A DNA stretch of 64,000 bases, from NCBI GenBank assembly GCA_041167505.1, contig JBEEHR010000023.1, positions 21,214 to 85,213 on the forward strand. Direction: 5' to 3'. Shown piece after piece: positions 42,694 to 52,103 of the stretch. Positions within the stretch are counted from its first letter, which is position 1, and each line of letters starts with the position of its first letter. Position numbers and translations under genes: made by a program. The stretch comes from Verrucomicrobiota bacterium. GTDB taxonomy: Bacteria; Verrucomicrobiota; Verrucomicrobiia; Chthoniobacterales; UBA10450. The notes under the pieces are model-generated. The model saw nothing but the letters and a program-made list of their open reading frames with translations. It was not told the DNA's origin and did not search any database.

Positions 42694-44409
42694 ATGTGCC
42701 GCTCGAAGCAACTACTCGTCTTTTTCCTCGGCGTTTGCCTAACGACAGCTGAAACCGGCGCGGCCTGGCGCGAGCCGGTCCGGGCGCCACATGGGATGGT
42801 GGCATCCACGGAGCGCGCGGCCTCGCAGATCGGCGTCGATGTGCTGAACCGCGGCGGGAACGCGATCGACGCGGCGGTGGCGGTGGCGTTTGGGCTGGCG
42901 GTCCTCTATCCGCAAGCGGGCAATCTCGGCGGCGGCGGGTTCATGATGATCCGGCAGAACGACGGCGCCGCGACAGCGATCGATTATCGCGAGACCGCAC
43001 CGGCGGCCGCGACCCGCGAGATGTTTGTCGGCCCTGATGGCCAACTCATCAAAGGCAAGGAGTCGTCCACGCTCGGTTACCGCGCTTCTGGAATTCCGGG
43101 AACGGTCGCGGGGCTCGCCTTCGCCCTGAAAAAATATGGCTCGGGGAAACTGACCTGGGCGGAGCTAATCGAGCCGGCGCGAAAGCTGGCGGCGGACGGC
43201 TTTCCCCTGTCGAAGCGGACCGCCAACCTCTTGCAGGATACTCAGGCGATCCTTTCGCCGTTTACCGAGAGTCGCCGGATTTTTCTGCGCGCCGGAAAAT
43301 TTTATCAGGAGGGAGAAACGCTGCGGCAACCGGAGCTGGCGGCCACGCTCGAGCGATTGCAAAAGAAGGGACCGCGCGAGTTCTACGAAGGGGAAACAGC
43401 GCGATTGATCGCGGAAGACATGAAGCGCTCTCACGGGTTGATCACCGCCGATGACCTGCGGAACTACACGCCGAAGGAGCGCACACCGTTGCGCGGAAGT
43501 TACCGCGGGTATGCAATCATCTCGATGCCGCCGCCTACTTCCGGCGGCCTGGTCCTGCTCGAGATGCTTAACATTCTCGAAGGCTTCGAACTGAAGAAGC
43601 TCCATCCGTTTTCGGCGGAGCGTTACCATCTCCTCGTCGAAACAATGCGACGGGCTTACGCGGACCGCGCGGAATACATGGGAGACACCGACTTCGCTCC
43701 GGTGCCGGTCGCTGGGTTGATCGACAAGGTCTATGCGGAGCGGCAGCGAAGCACGATCAATCCGGAGCGCGCCTCGACGAGCGCCGAAGTCCATGGAGGC
43801 AAACCGGCGAGGAGCGAGTCAAAGCAGACAACGCACTTCACGATCGTGGACCCGGCGGGGAACGCGGTCGCAAACACCTATACGTTGAACGGCTGGTTTG
43901 GTTCCGGCGTTGTCGCGAAAGGAACCGGGGTGCTGCTCAACAACGAGATGGACGACTTCACCAGCAAACCGGGAGAACCGAATATGTTTGGCGCGATCCA
44001 AGGCGAGCCGAACGCGATCGCGCCGGGGAAACGGCCGCTCTCATCCATGACGCCGACTTTTGTCGTCAGGCCGGACGGGACCCTTTACTTCGCGCTCGGC
44101 TCGCCGGGTGGCACGACGATCCCGAACACTGTGTTGCAAGTGATTAGCAATGTGATCGATCACGGGATGAATCTGCAGGAGGCGATCGATGCGCCGCGCC
44201 TGCATCATCAATGGGTGCCGGACGAGATCCGCGACGAACCCCGCGGATTATCGGGAGACACCCGCCGGGCGCTGGAAGCTCGCGGTCACAAGTTCACGAC
44301 CACGCTGGAAAACATGGGGGACGTGCAAGGCATCATGATCGAGGAGAAAACAAACGTGCGCCTGGGCGCGAGCGACGCGCGACAGGACGGCGCGGCGATC
44401 GGTTTTTAG
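42694..44409 (+). CDS. ggt: gamma-glutamyltransferase
   Basis: GGGGFMMIR, the autoprocessing/nucleophile site ..QTTHFTIVD, and GSPGGTTIPN. I chose the ATG at 42694 because the ORF maximum starts inside the repeat. Confidence 0.9.
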   Translation: MCRSKQLLVFFLGVCLTTAETGAAWREPVRAPHGMVASTERAASQIGVDVLNRGGNAIDAAVAVAFGLAVLYPQAGNLGGGGFMMIRQNDGAATAIDYRETAPAAATREMFVGPDGQLIKGKESSTLGYRASGIPGTVAGLAFALKKYGSGKLTWAELIEPARKLAADGFPLSKRTANLLQDTQAILSPFTESRRIFLRAGKFYQEGETLRQPELAATLERLQKKGPREFYEGETARLIAEDMKRSHGLITADDLRNYTPKERTPLRGSYRGYAIISMPPPTSGGLVLLEMLNILEGFELKKLHPFSAERYHLLVETMRRAYADRAEYMGDTDFAPVPVAGLIDKVYAERQRSTINPERASTSAEVHGGKPARSESKQTTHFTIVDPAGNAVANTYTLNGWFGSGVVAKGTGVLLNNEMDDFTSKPGEPNMFGAIQGEPNAIAPGKRPLSSMTPTFVVRPDGTLYFALGSPGGTTIPNTVLQVISNVIDHGMNLQEAIDAPRLHHQWVPDEIRDEPRGLSGDTRRALEARGHKFTTTLENMGDVQGIMIEEKTNVRLGASDARQDGAAIGF

Positions 44410-44414
44410 AACGG

Positions 44415-45356
44415 CTAACTGACGGAGGGCGATTGCTCAGCGCGCGGATGACCCTTGCCGAACTTCGGCAGATCGGGATCGAGAAAACCGAGGGCGTGCG
44501 GCGGTTTGATGACGCGAACTCCCGCGGCGCGCTGTTGATCGACAATCTGGTCGCGAAAGGCCTGCATTCGGGTCCAATGCACCTTGGGCCGGAAATGATG
44601 TTCGGCGTGGTAACCGTTGAAGAACCAGATCCAGTTGTAGAGCTTGTCGTAGCTGCTCACGCCCCAGGCGATCGGCTCGTCGGGGTTGCCGCCGTAATGG
44701 CGGTAGTAGCCGTTCAGGTAGGAGAGGCAATGGCCGAAATACCAGAAGCCGGTGAGGAAAATGATGTAGTGCCAGTTCAGGATGCCGAGGGTGACAAACG
44801 TTCCAAGGAAGAGAACGACCTCGACGACGCCCCAATAAGCTTCCCGGGTATTCTTCCGCTTTACCGATTGGAAAATGGCCTTAGGATCGTCGCGGAAAAA
44901 ACTGAGGAACATGTAGCTCAGTGGATGTTCGGCTTCGCCGTCATGCCCATGCTTGTAGATCGAAAGCCAGTCGATGGTCTCGCCGTGTGCGTCCGGCCGG
45001 TCCGCGTTTCCCTTGTGATGCTGCATGTGAACGCAATCGTAGAACGTCTGGCTGAAACCGATTGTGGCCGACTCGAGAAGGGTAAAGAGGCGGTTGAGGA
45101 ACGCGGAACGGAAATAGGGGTTGTGAATGAAATTGTGGGAGATGCCGTTGATGTTCCAGGAGATGCTGATCGAATAAAGAAAGCCGAGGATCAACATCAC
45201 CCAGAGCGGCACGCGCGAGAAAAGGAAGAACATCCCGAAGAAATAGGTGCAGTGGAAAAGCGCGGCCGCGACGGGGATGATGTCCCAGCGGGTAAACGCG
45301 AAGATCCGGGAGTCGGTCTGGAGCCGCTCGGAGGCGACATCGTTAACGGCATGCAC
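44415..45356 (-). CDS. fatty acid desaturase family membrane protein
   Basis: Three His boxes: HNFIHN, HMQHH and HAEHH. The start is a GTG at 45356. Confidence 0.8.
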   Translation of the reverse strand: MHAVNDVASERLQTDSRIFAFTRWDIIPVAAALFHCTYFFGMFFLFSRVPLWVMLILGFLYSISISWNINGISHNFIHNPYFRSAFLNRLFTLLESATIGFSQTFYDCVHMQHHKGNADRPDAHGETIDWLSIYKHGHDGEAEHPLSYMFLSFFRDDPKAIFQSVKRKNTREAYWGVVEVVLFLGTFVTLGILNWHYIIFLTGFWYFGHCLSYLNGYYRHYGGNPDEPIAWGVSSYDKLYNWIWFFNGYHAEHHFRPKVHWTRMQAFRDQIVDQQRAAGVRVIKPPHALGFLDPDLPKFGKGHPRAEQSPSVS

Positions 45357-45413
45357 AGGGAAAAGAATGGTAGCTGAAAACGAGCGTTTCGCACGAGCGA
45401 AATGCCGGGGAAA

Positions 45414-45488
<75 letters not shown>

Positions 45489-45552
45489 GGATTCGCGAGG
45501 ATGGATTATGAGCGGCGGGAAACCGAATGCAAGTTGATCGCGCCCTACGCGA

Positions 45553-46104
45553 TCAGGCCGCGAGCTTCGCCGCGTCTTTGTGGCCGAGAATGCGGACGGT
45601 CTGCTGAAGCTGCTCGACCTTGAGCGGCTTTTTCAAAACCGTGACCGGGCCGCGCGAGAGAATGCGATCGAGCATCTCACTATCGGGATATCCGGTGATA
45701 ACGACGATCGGCAAATCCGGGTCGGCTTCCTTGGCCGCGTCATAAACGTCGTCCGCCGGGCCATCCGGCAATTTCAAATCGAGAAAGAGCAGATCGAACT
45801 TTTGTTTCGCCAAGGCGACGAGCGCTTCCTTCACGGTGCCAACGACCACTCGGCTGAACCCAATTTTTTTGAGGAAAATCTTGAATAGGCTCTGGAGACT
45901 CTCGTCGTCGTCGACGACCAGCACGGTCGGCTGGCCGGACTTGTCTTCCTTCAAAATATCCTTGTCCAGCGACGCCTTTTTGATGCGCCAGCGGCCGCCG
46001 ATTTGGATGGCGGGAAGCTGGCCGCGCTGCACCAGATAGTAAACGGTCGGCAACGGAATCCGAAGGTATTTGGCCGTTTCTTTGACCGTTAACAGGTTAT
46101 GCAT
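45553..46104 (-). CDS. response regulator with N-terminal excisionase/MerR-type HTH (HTH + REC)
   Basis: LTVKETAKYLRIPLPTVYYLVQRGQLPAIQIGGRWRI is an HTH_17-like module. It is followed by a REC domain (VLVVDDDESL...DLKLPDG). Confidence 0.8.
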   Translation of the reverse strand: MHNLLTVKETAKYLRIPLPTVYYLVQRGQLPAIQIGGRWRIKKASLDKDILKEDKSGQPTVLVVDDDESLQSLFKIFLKKIGFSRVVVGTVKEALVALAKQKFDLLFLDLKLPDGPADDVYDAAKEADPDLPIVVITGYPDSEMLDRILSRGPVTVLKKPLKVEQLQQTVRILGHKDAAKLAA

Positions 46105-46302
46105 TGGAGAAAAACAGCAACTTGCGCGTCGATGGGCAAGCCTTTTCCGCTTGGGAGAGGATTATAACTTTTATAGTCAATGTCAATGCTTCATTCAGGT
46201 TTTCTCCTACCTGGGACTAAGGGTGCGAGCCGGATGAGACATTCCGGCCTAACGAAAACGGCTGTCAGGTCGAGCCGCGCCGTGGTGAAGGGCAGAGTAA
46301 AA

Positions 46303-46439
46303 GCTCCAAATTCCAAGCTCCAAAATCCAAGGAAGCTCCAAGCACTAGACAAACAGACCGTGCGGCTATTGGAGCTTGGGTGTTTGGACTTTCTCTGGTG
46401 CTTGGTGCTTGAAGTTTGGAGCTTCGAGCTGGTTGAGCT
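46303..46439. repeat. low-complexity palindromic element, CCAAGCTCCAAA word family
   Basis: GCTCCAAATTCCAAGCTCCAAAATCCAAGGAAGCTCCAAGCAC ... TTGGAGCTTGGGTGTTTGG...GGAGCTTCGAGC. It is homologous to 9617-9749. Confidence 0.7.
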
Positions 46440-46493
46440 TCCACATCGCGACTGGACAAGGGGTAGGCGGCGGTTGACTGTTTCCCCTTTTCG

Positions 46494-47120
46494 ATGAGCG
46501 CCCTGTTCTTCAAGCGATTTCTGCAGCGTCCGTTTCAGGTCGCTTCCATCATCCCCAGCTCCAAGGCGCTGGTGAAAAAAGTCGCGCGCAAAATGGATTT
46601 CACCGGGCCGCGCGTGATTGCCGAGTACGGCCCGGGCGAAGGTGTCCACTCCCGCGAGATCGCGCGGCGGATGTCGGCGGATTCGCAATTGCTCCTGTTC
46701 GAATTGGACGCCGCCTTTTCCCGGGACCTGCAACGGCAATTCGCGGACGATCCGCGGGTGCACGTGATCAACGGCGATGCGGCCCGGCTTCCGGAAGAAC
46801 TAAAACGCTGCGGCATTCCGAAGTGCGATTACATCCTTTCGGGAATCCCATTCAGCATTCTCGAGATCAAAAAGAAACGGGCCCTCCTGGAGAAAACCTA
46901 TGAAGCTCTGGCCGATGGCGGCAGTTTCATCATTTACCAGGTCACGAACGAGCTCCGGCAACACGCAACCCTCTTCGATCGCGCCGAATCCCAGTACGTC
47001 CTCCAAAATATTCCGCCGATGTTTATCACCGTCTTCCATAAGGTAACTCGGCGGAATGGCCACCACCGTCCGCTCCGCCCCGCCGCGGTTCTCTCGACCA
47101 ACAATCATCACGCGGCATGA
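46494..47120 (+). CDS. class I SAM-dependent methyltransferase (phospholipid N-methyltransferase/rRNA adenine dimethylase-like)
   Basis: SAM motif I is EYGPGEG. The N-terminal FLQRPFQVASIIPSS matches COG3963-type enzymes as I recall them. Confidence 0.7.
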   Translation: MSALFFKRFLQRPFQVASIIPSSKALVKKVARKMDFTGPRVIAEYGPGEGVHSREIARRMSADSQLLLFELDAAFSRDLQRQFADDPRVHVINGDAARLPEELKRCGIPKCDYILSGIPFSILEIKKKRALLEKTYEALADGGSFIIYQVTNELRQHATLFDRAESQYVLQNIPPMFITVFHKVTRRNGHHRPLRPAAVLSTNNHHAA

Positions 47121-48535
47121 AAGCCGGAGCCACTCGAGTGGAAAAGGACTCGATGGGCGAAATGTCCGTCCCTGAGTCCGCGCTCTACGGCGCTTCAACC
47201 CAGCGCGCGGTCCTGAATTTTCCGATCAGCGGCCAGCGCTTTTCCCGGCCATTCATTCGCGCGCTCGGCCTCATCAAATGGGCCGCGGCCCAGGCGAACG
47301 CCGATCTCGGCCTGCTCGATTCGCACCGGAGCGCGTTCATCGTCCAGGCGGCCGAGGAAGTGGTGGAAGGAAAACTCGACGACCATTTTCCGCTCGATAT
47401 TTTCCAGACCGGTTCGGGGACGAGCACGAACACGAACGCGAATGAGGTAATCGCGAACCGTTCCTGCCAGCTCGCCGGCAAACCGATTGGCGCCAAGGAT
47501 CCGGTCCATCCGAACGATCACGTCAACATGGGGCAATCGAGCAACGACGTGATCCCGTCCGCGATCCATGTCAGCGCGGCGGAGCAGTTGCAGGAGTGTC
47601 TCGATCCGGCCTTGGAGAAATTGCACGGCGCGCTGGAAGCGAAAGCGAAAGAGTTCTGGGACATCATCAAGATCGGCCGAACCCATTTGATGGACGCGAC
47701 GCCAGTCCGGCTCGGCCAGGAATTTGGCGGTTATGCGCGCCAGGTTTTTTACGCGCGCGAACGGGTGCGGCGCGCGGTTGATGTTCTGTCGGAATTGCCG
47801 CTCGGCGGAACGGCGGTCGGCACCGGGCTGAATCGGCACCTCGAATTTCCGGGCAAAGTGATGCGGCACCTGAAACAGCGCACTGGGATTGAATTTCGCG
47901 AAGCGGAAAACCATTTCGAAGCGCAAGGTGCGAAAGACGGCGTCGTGGAAGCGAGCGGCCACCTGAAAACGATCGCGGTCAGTTTGTTCAAGATCGCGAA
48001 CGACATTCGCTGGCTCGGGAGCGGCCCGCGATGCGGGATTGGCGAGATCCGGTTGCCGTCGACCCAGCCAGGCAGTTCGATCATGCCTGGCAAAGTGAAC
48101 CCGGTCATGTGCGAAGCGCTCATGATGGTGTGCGCGCAAGTGATCGGGAACGATGCCTGCGTCACCTGGTCCGGCGCGAACGGCAACTTCGAGTTGAACG
48201 TGATGATGCCGGTGATGGCGCACAATCTTCTCGAGAGCATCCGGCTTCTCGGCAACGCCTGTGATGCGTTCTGCGAGAAATGCGTGATCGGGATCGAAGC
48301 GAACGAAGAGCGTTGCCGCGAATTGGTGGAACTATCCATGGCGATGGTCACGAGCCTGGCGCCGAAGATCGGGTACGATCGCGCTGCGGAGATCGCGAAA
48401 GAAAGCGCGAAGACGGGCAAGACAGTGCGCGAGATTTGTCTCGAGAAAAAAGTGTTGCCGCCGGCAGAACTCGAGCGCGCTCTCGATCCCGTGGCGATGA
48501 CCGAGCCCGGCGGCGAAGGTTCGGGCGGAGGTTGA
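47117..48535 (+). CDS. fumC: class II fumarate hydratase
   Basis: GSSIMPGKVNP signature and full-length fumarase/aspartase layout. The start overlaps the upstream stop (ATGA). Confidence 0.95.
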   Translation: MKAGATRVEKDSMGEMSVPESALYGASTQRAVLNFPISGQRFSRPFIRALGLIKWAAAQANADLGLLDSHRSAFIVQAAEEVVEGKLDDHFPLDIFQTGSGTSTNTNANEVIANRSCQLAGKPIGAKDPVHPNDHVNMGQSSNDVIPSAIHVSAAEQLQECLDPALEKLHGALEAKAKEFWDIIKIGRTHLMDATPVRLGQEFGGYARQVFYARERVRRAVDVLSELPLGGTAVGTGLNRHLEFPGKVMRHLKQRTGIEFREAENHFEAQGAKDGVVEASGHLKTIAVSLFKIANDIRWLGSGPRCGIGEIRLPSTQPGSSIMPGKVNPVMCEALMMVCAQVIGNDACVTWSGANGNFELNVMMPVMAHNLLESIRLLGNACDAFCEKCVIGIEANEERCRELVELSMAMVTSLAPKIGYDRAAEIAKESAKTGKTVREICLEKKVLPPAELERALDPVAMTEPGGEGSGGG

Positions 48536-48540
48536 CGGTC

Positions 48541-49044
48541 ATGCGGAGAACGATCGCGGGCGCTGTGGTGCTGGCGGTTTCCCTGCTTCCTCTCATTTCC
48601 AGCGCGGAGGATAACCGGCTCGATCTCGCCGCGGTAATCACAAAGGCGGACGCCCTGACAGCGCTGGGCGAACCGGTGAAAGATCCGCAGGCGCGGAGCG
48701 AGGAAGGCGCGGACGGGCACTATTCCCGCTGCAATTATTACAGCGAGAACCCAGGGAAATCGCTGGTGTTGCGAATCCGCCAGGCGTCTCCCGGCCAGCT
48801 CGAACCGAAGAAGCAGCTGGAAGAAATGAGCGCGGGGAACGCCAGATTCAAAGCGGTCGCCGGGCTCGGTGACAAAGCAGCGCTGGTAAAGGAAGGCCCG
48901 GACAAAGGGCCCGGGCACGCGGTCATGCTTTATGTCGCGAAGCAAAGCGCGTTCATCACGGTCGGGATCAGCGGGATCGACGACGAGAAAAGCGCGACGG
49001 AAAAAGCAAAGACGCTCGCGCGAAAGATTCTCGGCAAGCTATAG
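48541..49044 (+). CDS. hypothetical secreted protein
   Basis: MRRTIAGAVVLAVSLLPLISSA signal peptide. The start was derived by frame arithmetic from ORF 48280..49044. No recognizable family. Confidence 0.55.
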   Translation: MRRTIAGAVVLAVSLLPLISSAEDNRLDLAAVITKADALTALGEPVKDPQARSEEGADGHYSRCNYYSENPGKSLVLRIRQASPGQLEPKKQLEEMSAGNARFKAVAGLGDKAALVKEGPDKGPGHAVMLYVAKQSAFITVGISGIDDEKSATEKAKTLARKILGKL

Positions 49045-49050
49045 TGCCGG

Positions 49051-49425
49051 ATGGTTGCCAACGTCCACGGCCCACAATTTTCCGGCGGCGCGAACATCGC
49101 CATCAAATGTCCAAGCCACACCTATGAGCAGACGGTGCGGTTCTATCGCGATACCCTCGGGCTGCCGCTCATCGAGGAAGAAGCGGAAGGCTGCATTTTT
49201 CAGTTCGGTCCGAATCGCCTTTGGGTCGACCGGGTGCCGAACCTGAGCCATCCCGATATCTGGCTCGAGCTGGAAACGAACGACACCGAAGCGGCCTCGT
49301 CCTATTTGAAGATCAACGGCGTCCCGCGCCGGGACGAAGTGGAACAGCTCCGGGAAGATTTCGACGGCTTCTGGATTTCCGATCCCGCCGGCGTGATCCA
49401 TCTCGTCGTCGGCGACGAGGAGTAA
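49051..49425 (+). CDS. VOC/glyoxalase-like family protein
   Basis: 124 aa. TVRFYRDTLGLPL and a C-terminal F.I.DPAG..I.L pattern. Confidence 0.65.
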   Translation: MVANVHGPQFSGGANIAIKCPSHTYEQTVRFYRDTLGLPLIEEEAEGCIFQFGPNRLWVDRVPNLSHPDIWLELETNDTEAASSYLKINGVPRRDEVEQLREDFDGFWISDPAGVIHLVVGDEE

Positions 49426-49452
49426 TCTGGAGACCGCCTGCCCTCAGGCCGT

Positions 49453-50325
49453 TCATGCCGCGCGGATCGCGCGATCGGGCGCCGGCGTGGTCTGGAAAAA
49501 GATATTGTCGAACGTGGGTTGAAAGGCACGTCCTGCTGTTTGCCCGATGGTAAACCGGACGCTGATCTGGCTCTGGGCCGCGCAATGCACTTCGATCTCG
49601 CTGCGCCCGCGCAGCGCGAGCATGGCGCGAATCGCGCCCGCCGCCAGCTCCGGCGTGTTGCAATCCCGGCTCAGATGGCCGAGCACGACGCGCTCCAATT
49701 TCCCGCCGAGGAGTTGTTCGATCACCGTCGCCGCGGCCGTGTTCGACAAATGGCCGTGACGCGATTGGATCCGCTGTTTGACCGGCCACGGCCGATGCGG
49801 ATCGGCCTGCAACATTTTTTCGTCGTGGTTGGTCTCGATCACGAGCGTGTGCACTTTCCGCAATCGCTCGACCACCATCTTCGTCGCATACCCGAGATCG
49901 GTGATGAACCCGAGCGCGCTCTCCCCGGAATGAAACGCATACCCGACGGGATCGACCGCGTCATGCGGGACGGAAAACGTCTGGACATGAATATCGCAAA
50001 TCGAGAAGTCAGCGCCGGTCTGGAACAACCGCCAGTTCCGGTGGTCGCCTAACGACCCACACCGGATCGCCTCCGCCGTGAGCCGGTTGCAATAGATCGG
50101 GACATGAAATTTTCGGCAGAGCACTTCGAGCCCGCAGACATGATCGCCGTGCTCATGGGTGAGGAGCACGCCATCGAGCTGTCCCGGGGTGATCCCGCAT
50201 TGCTCGAGCCGGACCACGATCTGCCGCGCGCTGAGCCCGCCATCGACCAAAATCCGGCAATGATCGGTCGCGACCAGCGCGCTATTCCCCGCGCTGCCGC
50301 TGCCGAGCATGGTCAATGTGAACAC
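49453..50325 (-). CDS. MBL-fold metallo-hydrolase (YycJ/PhnP-like)
   Basis: MLGSGSAGNS...LLTHEHGDH...TNHD. Confidence 0.82.
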   Translation of the reverse strand: MFTLTMLGSGSAGNSALVATDHCRILVDGGLSARQIVVRLEQCGITPGQLDGVLLTHEHGDHVCGLEVLCRKFHVPIYCNRLTAEAIRCGSLGDHRNWRLFQTGADFSICDIHVQTFSVPHDAVDPVGYAFHSGESALGFITDLGYATKMVVERLRKVHTLVIETNHDEKMLQADPHRPWPVKQRIQSRHGHLSNTAAATVIEQLLGGKLERVVLGHLSRDCNTPELAAGAIRAMLALRGRSEIEVHCAAQSQISVRFTIGQTAGRAFQPTFDNIFFQTTPAPDRAIRAA

Positions 50326-50401
50326 GCTTCGATTAGTAGCGGACGCGGGCGCGTTTCACAAATCGGAAATGGGAATTGAGGCGTAAAATTGCGTGTCGCC
50401 T

Positions 50402-50491
50402 CTTCTGTAGCCGCTGCCCTGCGGGCAGCGTGTGAGCGGTACTCGATGCAGTATTAGGCCCGCGCTTCGCACAGCGAAGCGGCTACAGAAG
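50402..50491. repeat. palindromic element, CTGTAGCCGC family
   Basis: CTTCTGTAGCCGC ... GCGGCTACAGAAG termini. Inner hairpins are GCCCTGCGGGC and CGCTTCGCACAGCGAAGCG. It is the closest relative of 8304-8382. Confidence 0.7.
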
Positions 50492-50504
50492 ATCAAGCTC
50501 GGCG

Positions 50505-51215
50505 CTATTTCAGTAATCCGGCGATCTTCCTGTTTGGCAACGCCAGCACCCGCGCCTTTTTCGCGCCGTAATCGAGGGAGCGAAAGGTGCGGATTTCCTC
50601 GAGCCGGCGCATGGCGTTGAGGGTGTCGAGAAATTCGGTGTAACGCGCGGCCAGCTCGGTACTCTCGAGATAACGGCTTCGCAAATTGATCGATTGAAAC
50701 GCCCCCGGGTTCTCGGCGGCGAAAAGATGAAAGCGCAACCAGCGCCGGTCGGTCCGCGAAACCTTTTGGGTCTTGCGAAAGAAAGCGACGAACAGGAGCA
50801 GGACGAGATAGGTATCGACGCGCGCCTGAAGTTCGAGGTTCCGCGCGAACTTTTCTGACGCAATCTCGCGCTCGCCTTTCTTGAATTGAAGCGCGGCGTG
50901 CAACGCGTGATTAATCTCCTCCACGAACGCGATCAACGACCGGATGTTGCGATCGCTCAGGCCAGCACGCGGATCGTGCCGCTCGAGCTGTTCGATTAGC
51001 CAGCGCGAATAATAAATGCCGACGTAGAGCTGGTCGTCCGCCCGGCGCAGGAACGTGCGCGCCAGTTCGCTGAGTTCGCGCGCGTTGGCGCCGGCGAGTT
51101 TCGACAACTGCGCGCAACGCACCTGATCGATTAGGCAATCTTCCAGGTTGATGCCGACCTGGGCGTAGGTCCGCTCGAAGAGCTTCTGGATCTGACTGAA
51201 GAGCGTCTCGTTCAT
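50505..51215 (-). CDS. hypothetical protein (helical, no family recognised)
   Basis: The ATG at 51215 gives MNETLFSQIQKLF. The GTG at 51236 lies inside the repeat arm. Confidence 0.55.
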   Translation of the reverse strand: MNETLFSQIQKLFERTYAQVGINLEDCLIDQVRCAQLSKLAGANARELSELARTFLRRADDQLYVGIYYSRWLIEQLERHDPRAGLSDRNIRSLIAFVEEINHALHAALQFKKGEREIASEKFARNLELQARVDTYLVLLLFVAFFRKTQKVSRTDRRWLRFHLFAAENPGAFQSINLRSRYLESTELAARYTEFLDTLNAMRRLEEIRTFRSLDYGAKKARVLALPNRKIAGLLK

Positions 51216-51227
51216 GCCGGAGAATTC

Positions 51228-51305
51228 CTCACACAACGGTCACGAAGGTTCACAACGGCGGCGAAGATTTTCATTTCGTTGCGATCCTTTGTGACCTTGG
51301 TGTGA
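51228..51305. repeat. palindromic element, CACAAAGG word family
   Basis: CTCACACAACGGTCACGAAGG pairs about 17/20 with CCTTTGTGACCTTGGTGTGA. It is homologous to 1977-2062. Confidence 0.6.
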
Positions 51306-51307
51306 AA

Positions 51308-51997
51308 TTAAAATTGCAGCGCAGCCGGACCGTCATCGAGATTCAGCAGGGAGTCGGAGAGGCGGTTCAGCGCGAGCCGGACTTCGTGGAAACGCCCGGC
51401 GAGACCTTCGTAAACGTCGCTGAGATCGCACCGGCGCGCGGTGGCGTGGGAAGCAACGAGCTGATAATTCGTGCGGCCGACCTGCTCGTAGAACGCCAGG
51501 TCCGGCGCGCCGCGGAGACTGCGGTGTTGCGTGTTCTCGTGAAAAATCCCGCTGAGAAAAAGCGAGTAATTCCCGACGTGTGCCCGGAGCAGGAACGCCT
51601 GCTCGGGCGTCGCGCGGGTCAGCGCGATCAGCATATCGGAAACATATTGGCGTTCGCCTTCCGCCGTCATGTGCGGTGCGCGCAAACCGCTCGCGCGCGA
51701 GAACGCCTCGAGCAGCGATGCGACGTAGTCGCACAGTTTCCGGTCTTTGATCCCGACGTCGTTCAGGACATGGCGCGCGAGGACATAAAAATAAAAATGC
51801 GACGAGATCTGGAGCTGACCCGCGTTGGAAAGAATCGCATCGACCAGCCGCGGATTATCGAGCACCGCATCGCGAGTTTCGGCGTCGCTGAGCAGGTCGA
51901 CCAAAGAAACATGATCGGTCTGGGACCGGGCCAGAATGCGCACGACAAAATCGAAATCCGCCGCCGTGAACCGCGCCCGACAATTCGCCTGGATCAT
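51308..51997 (-). CDS. hypothetical protein (helical, no family recognised)
   Basis: I chose the ATG at 51997 (MIQANCRARFTAADFDF) because the longer ORF to 52273 overlaps the divergent gene. Confidence 0.5.
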   Translation of the reverse strand: MIQANCRARFTAADFDFVVRILARSQTDHVSLVDLLSDAETRDAVLDNPRLVDAILSNAGQLQISSHFYFYVLARHVLNDVGIKDRKLCDYVASLLEAFSRASGLRAPHMTAEGERQYVSDMLIALTRATPEQAFLLRAHVGNYSLFLSGIFHENTQHRSLRGAPDLAFYEQVGRTNYQLVASHATARRCDLSDVYEGLAGRFHEVRLALNRLSDSLLNLDDGPAALQF

Positions 51998-52103
51998 CGG
52001 GAATCTATCATGAGCATCAGCGATGCCGCGTGGCAAGTCTGTCGTCTCGCCTCGGAACATCGCACTTGTTTGCGCATTGTTGTTTCTCCTACGCTCGTCG
52101 CCG

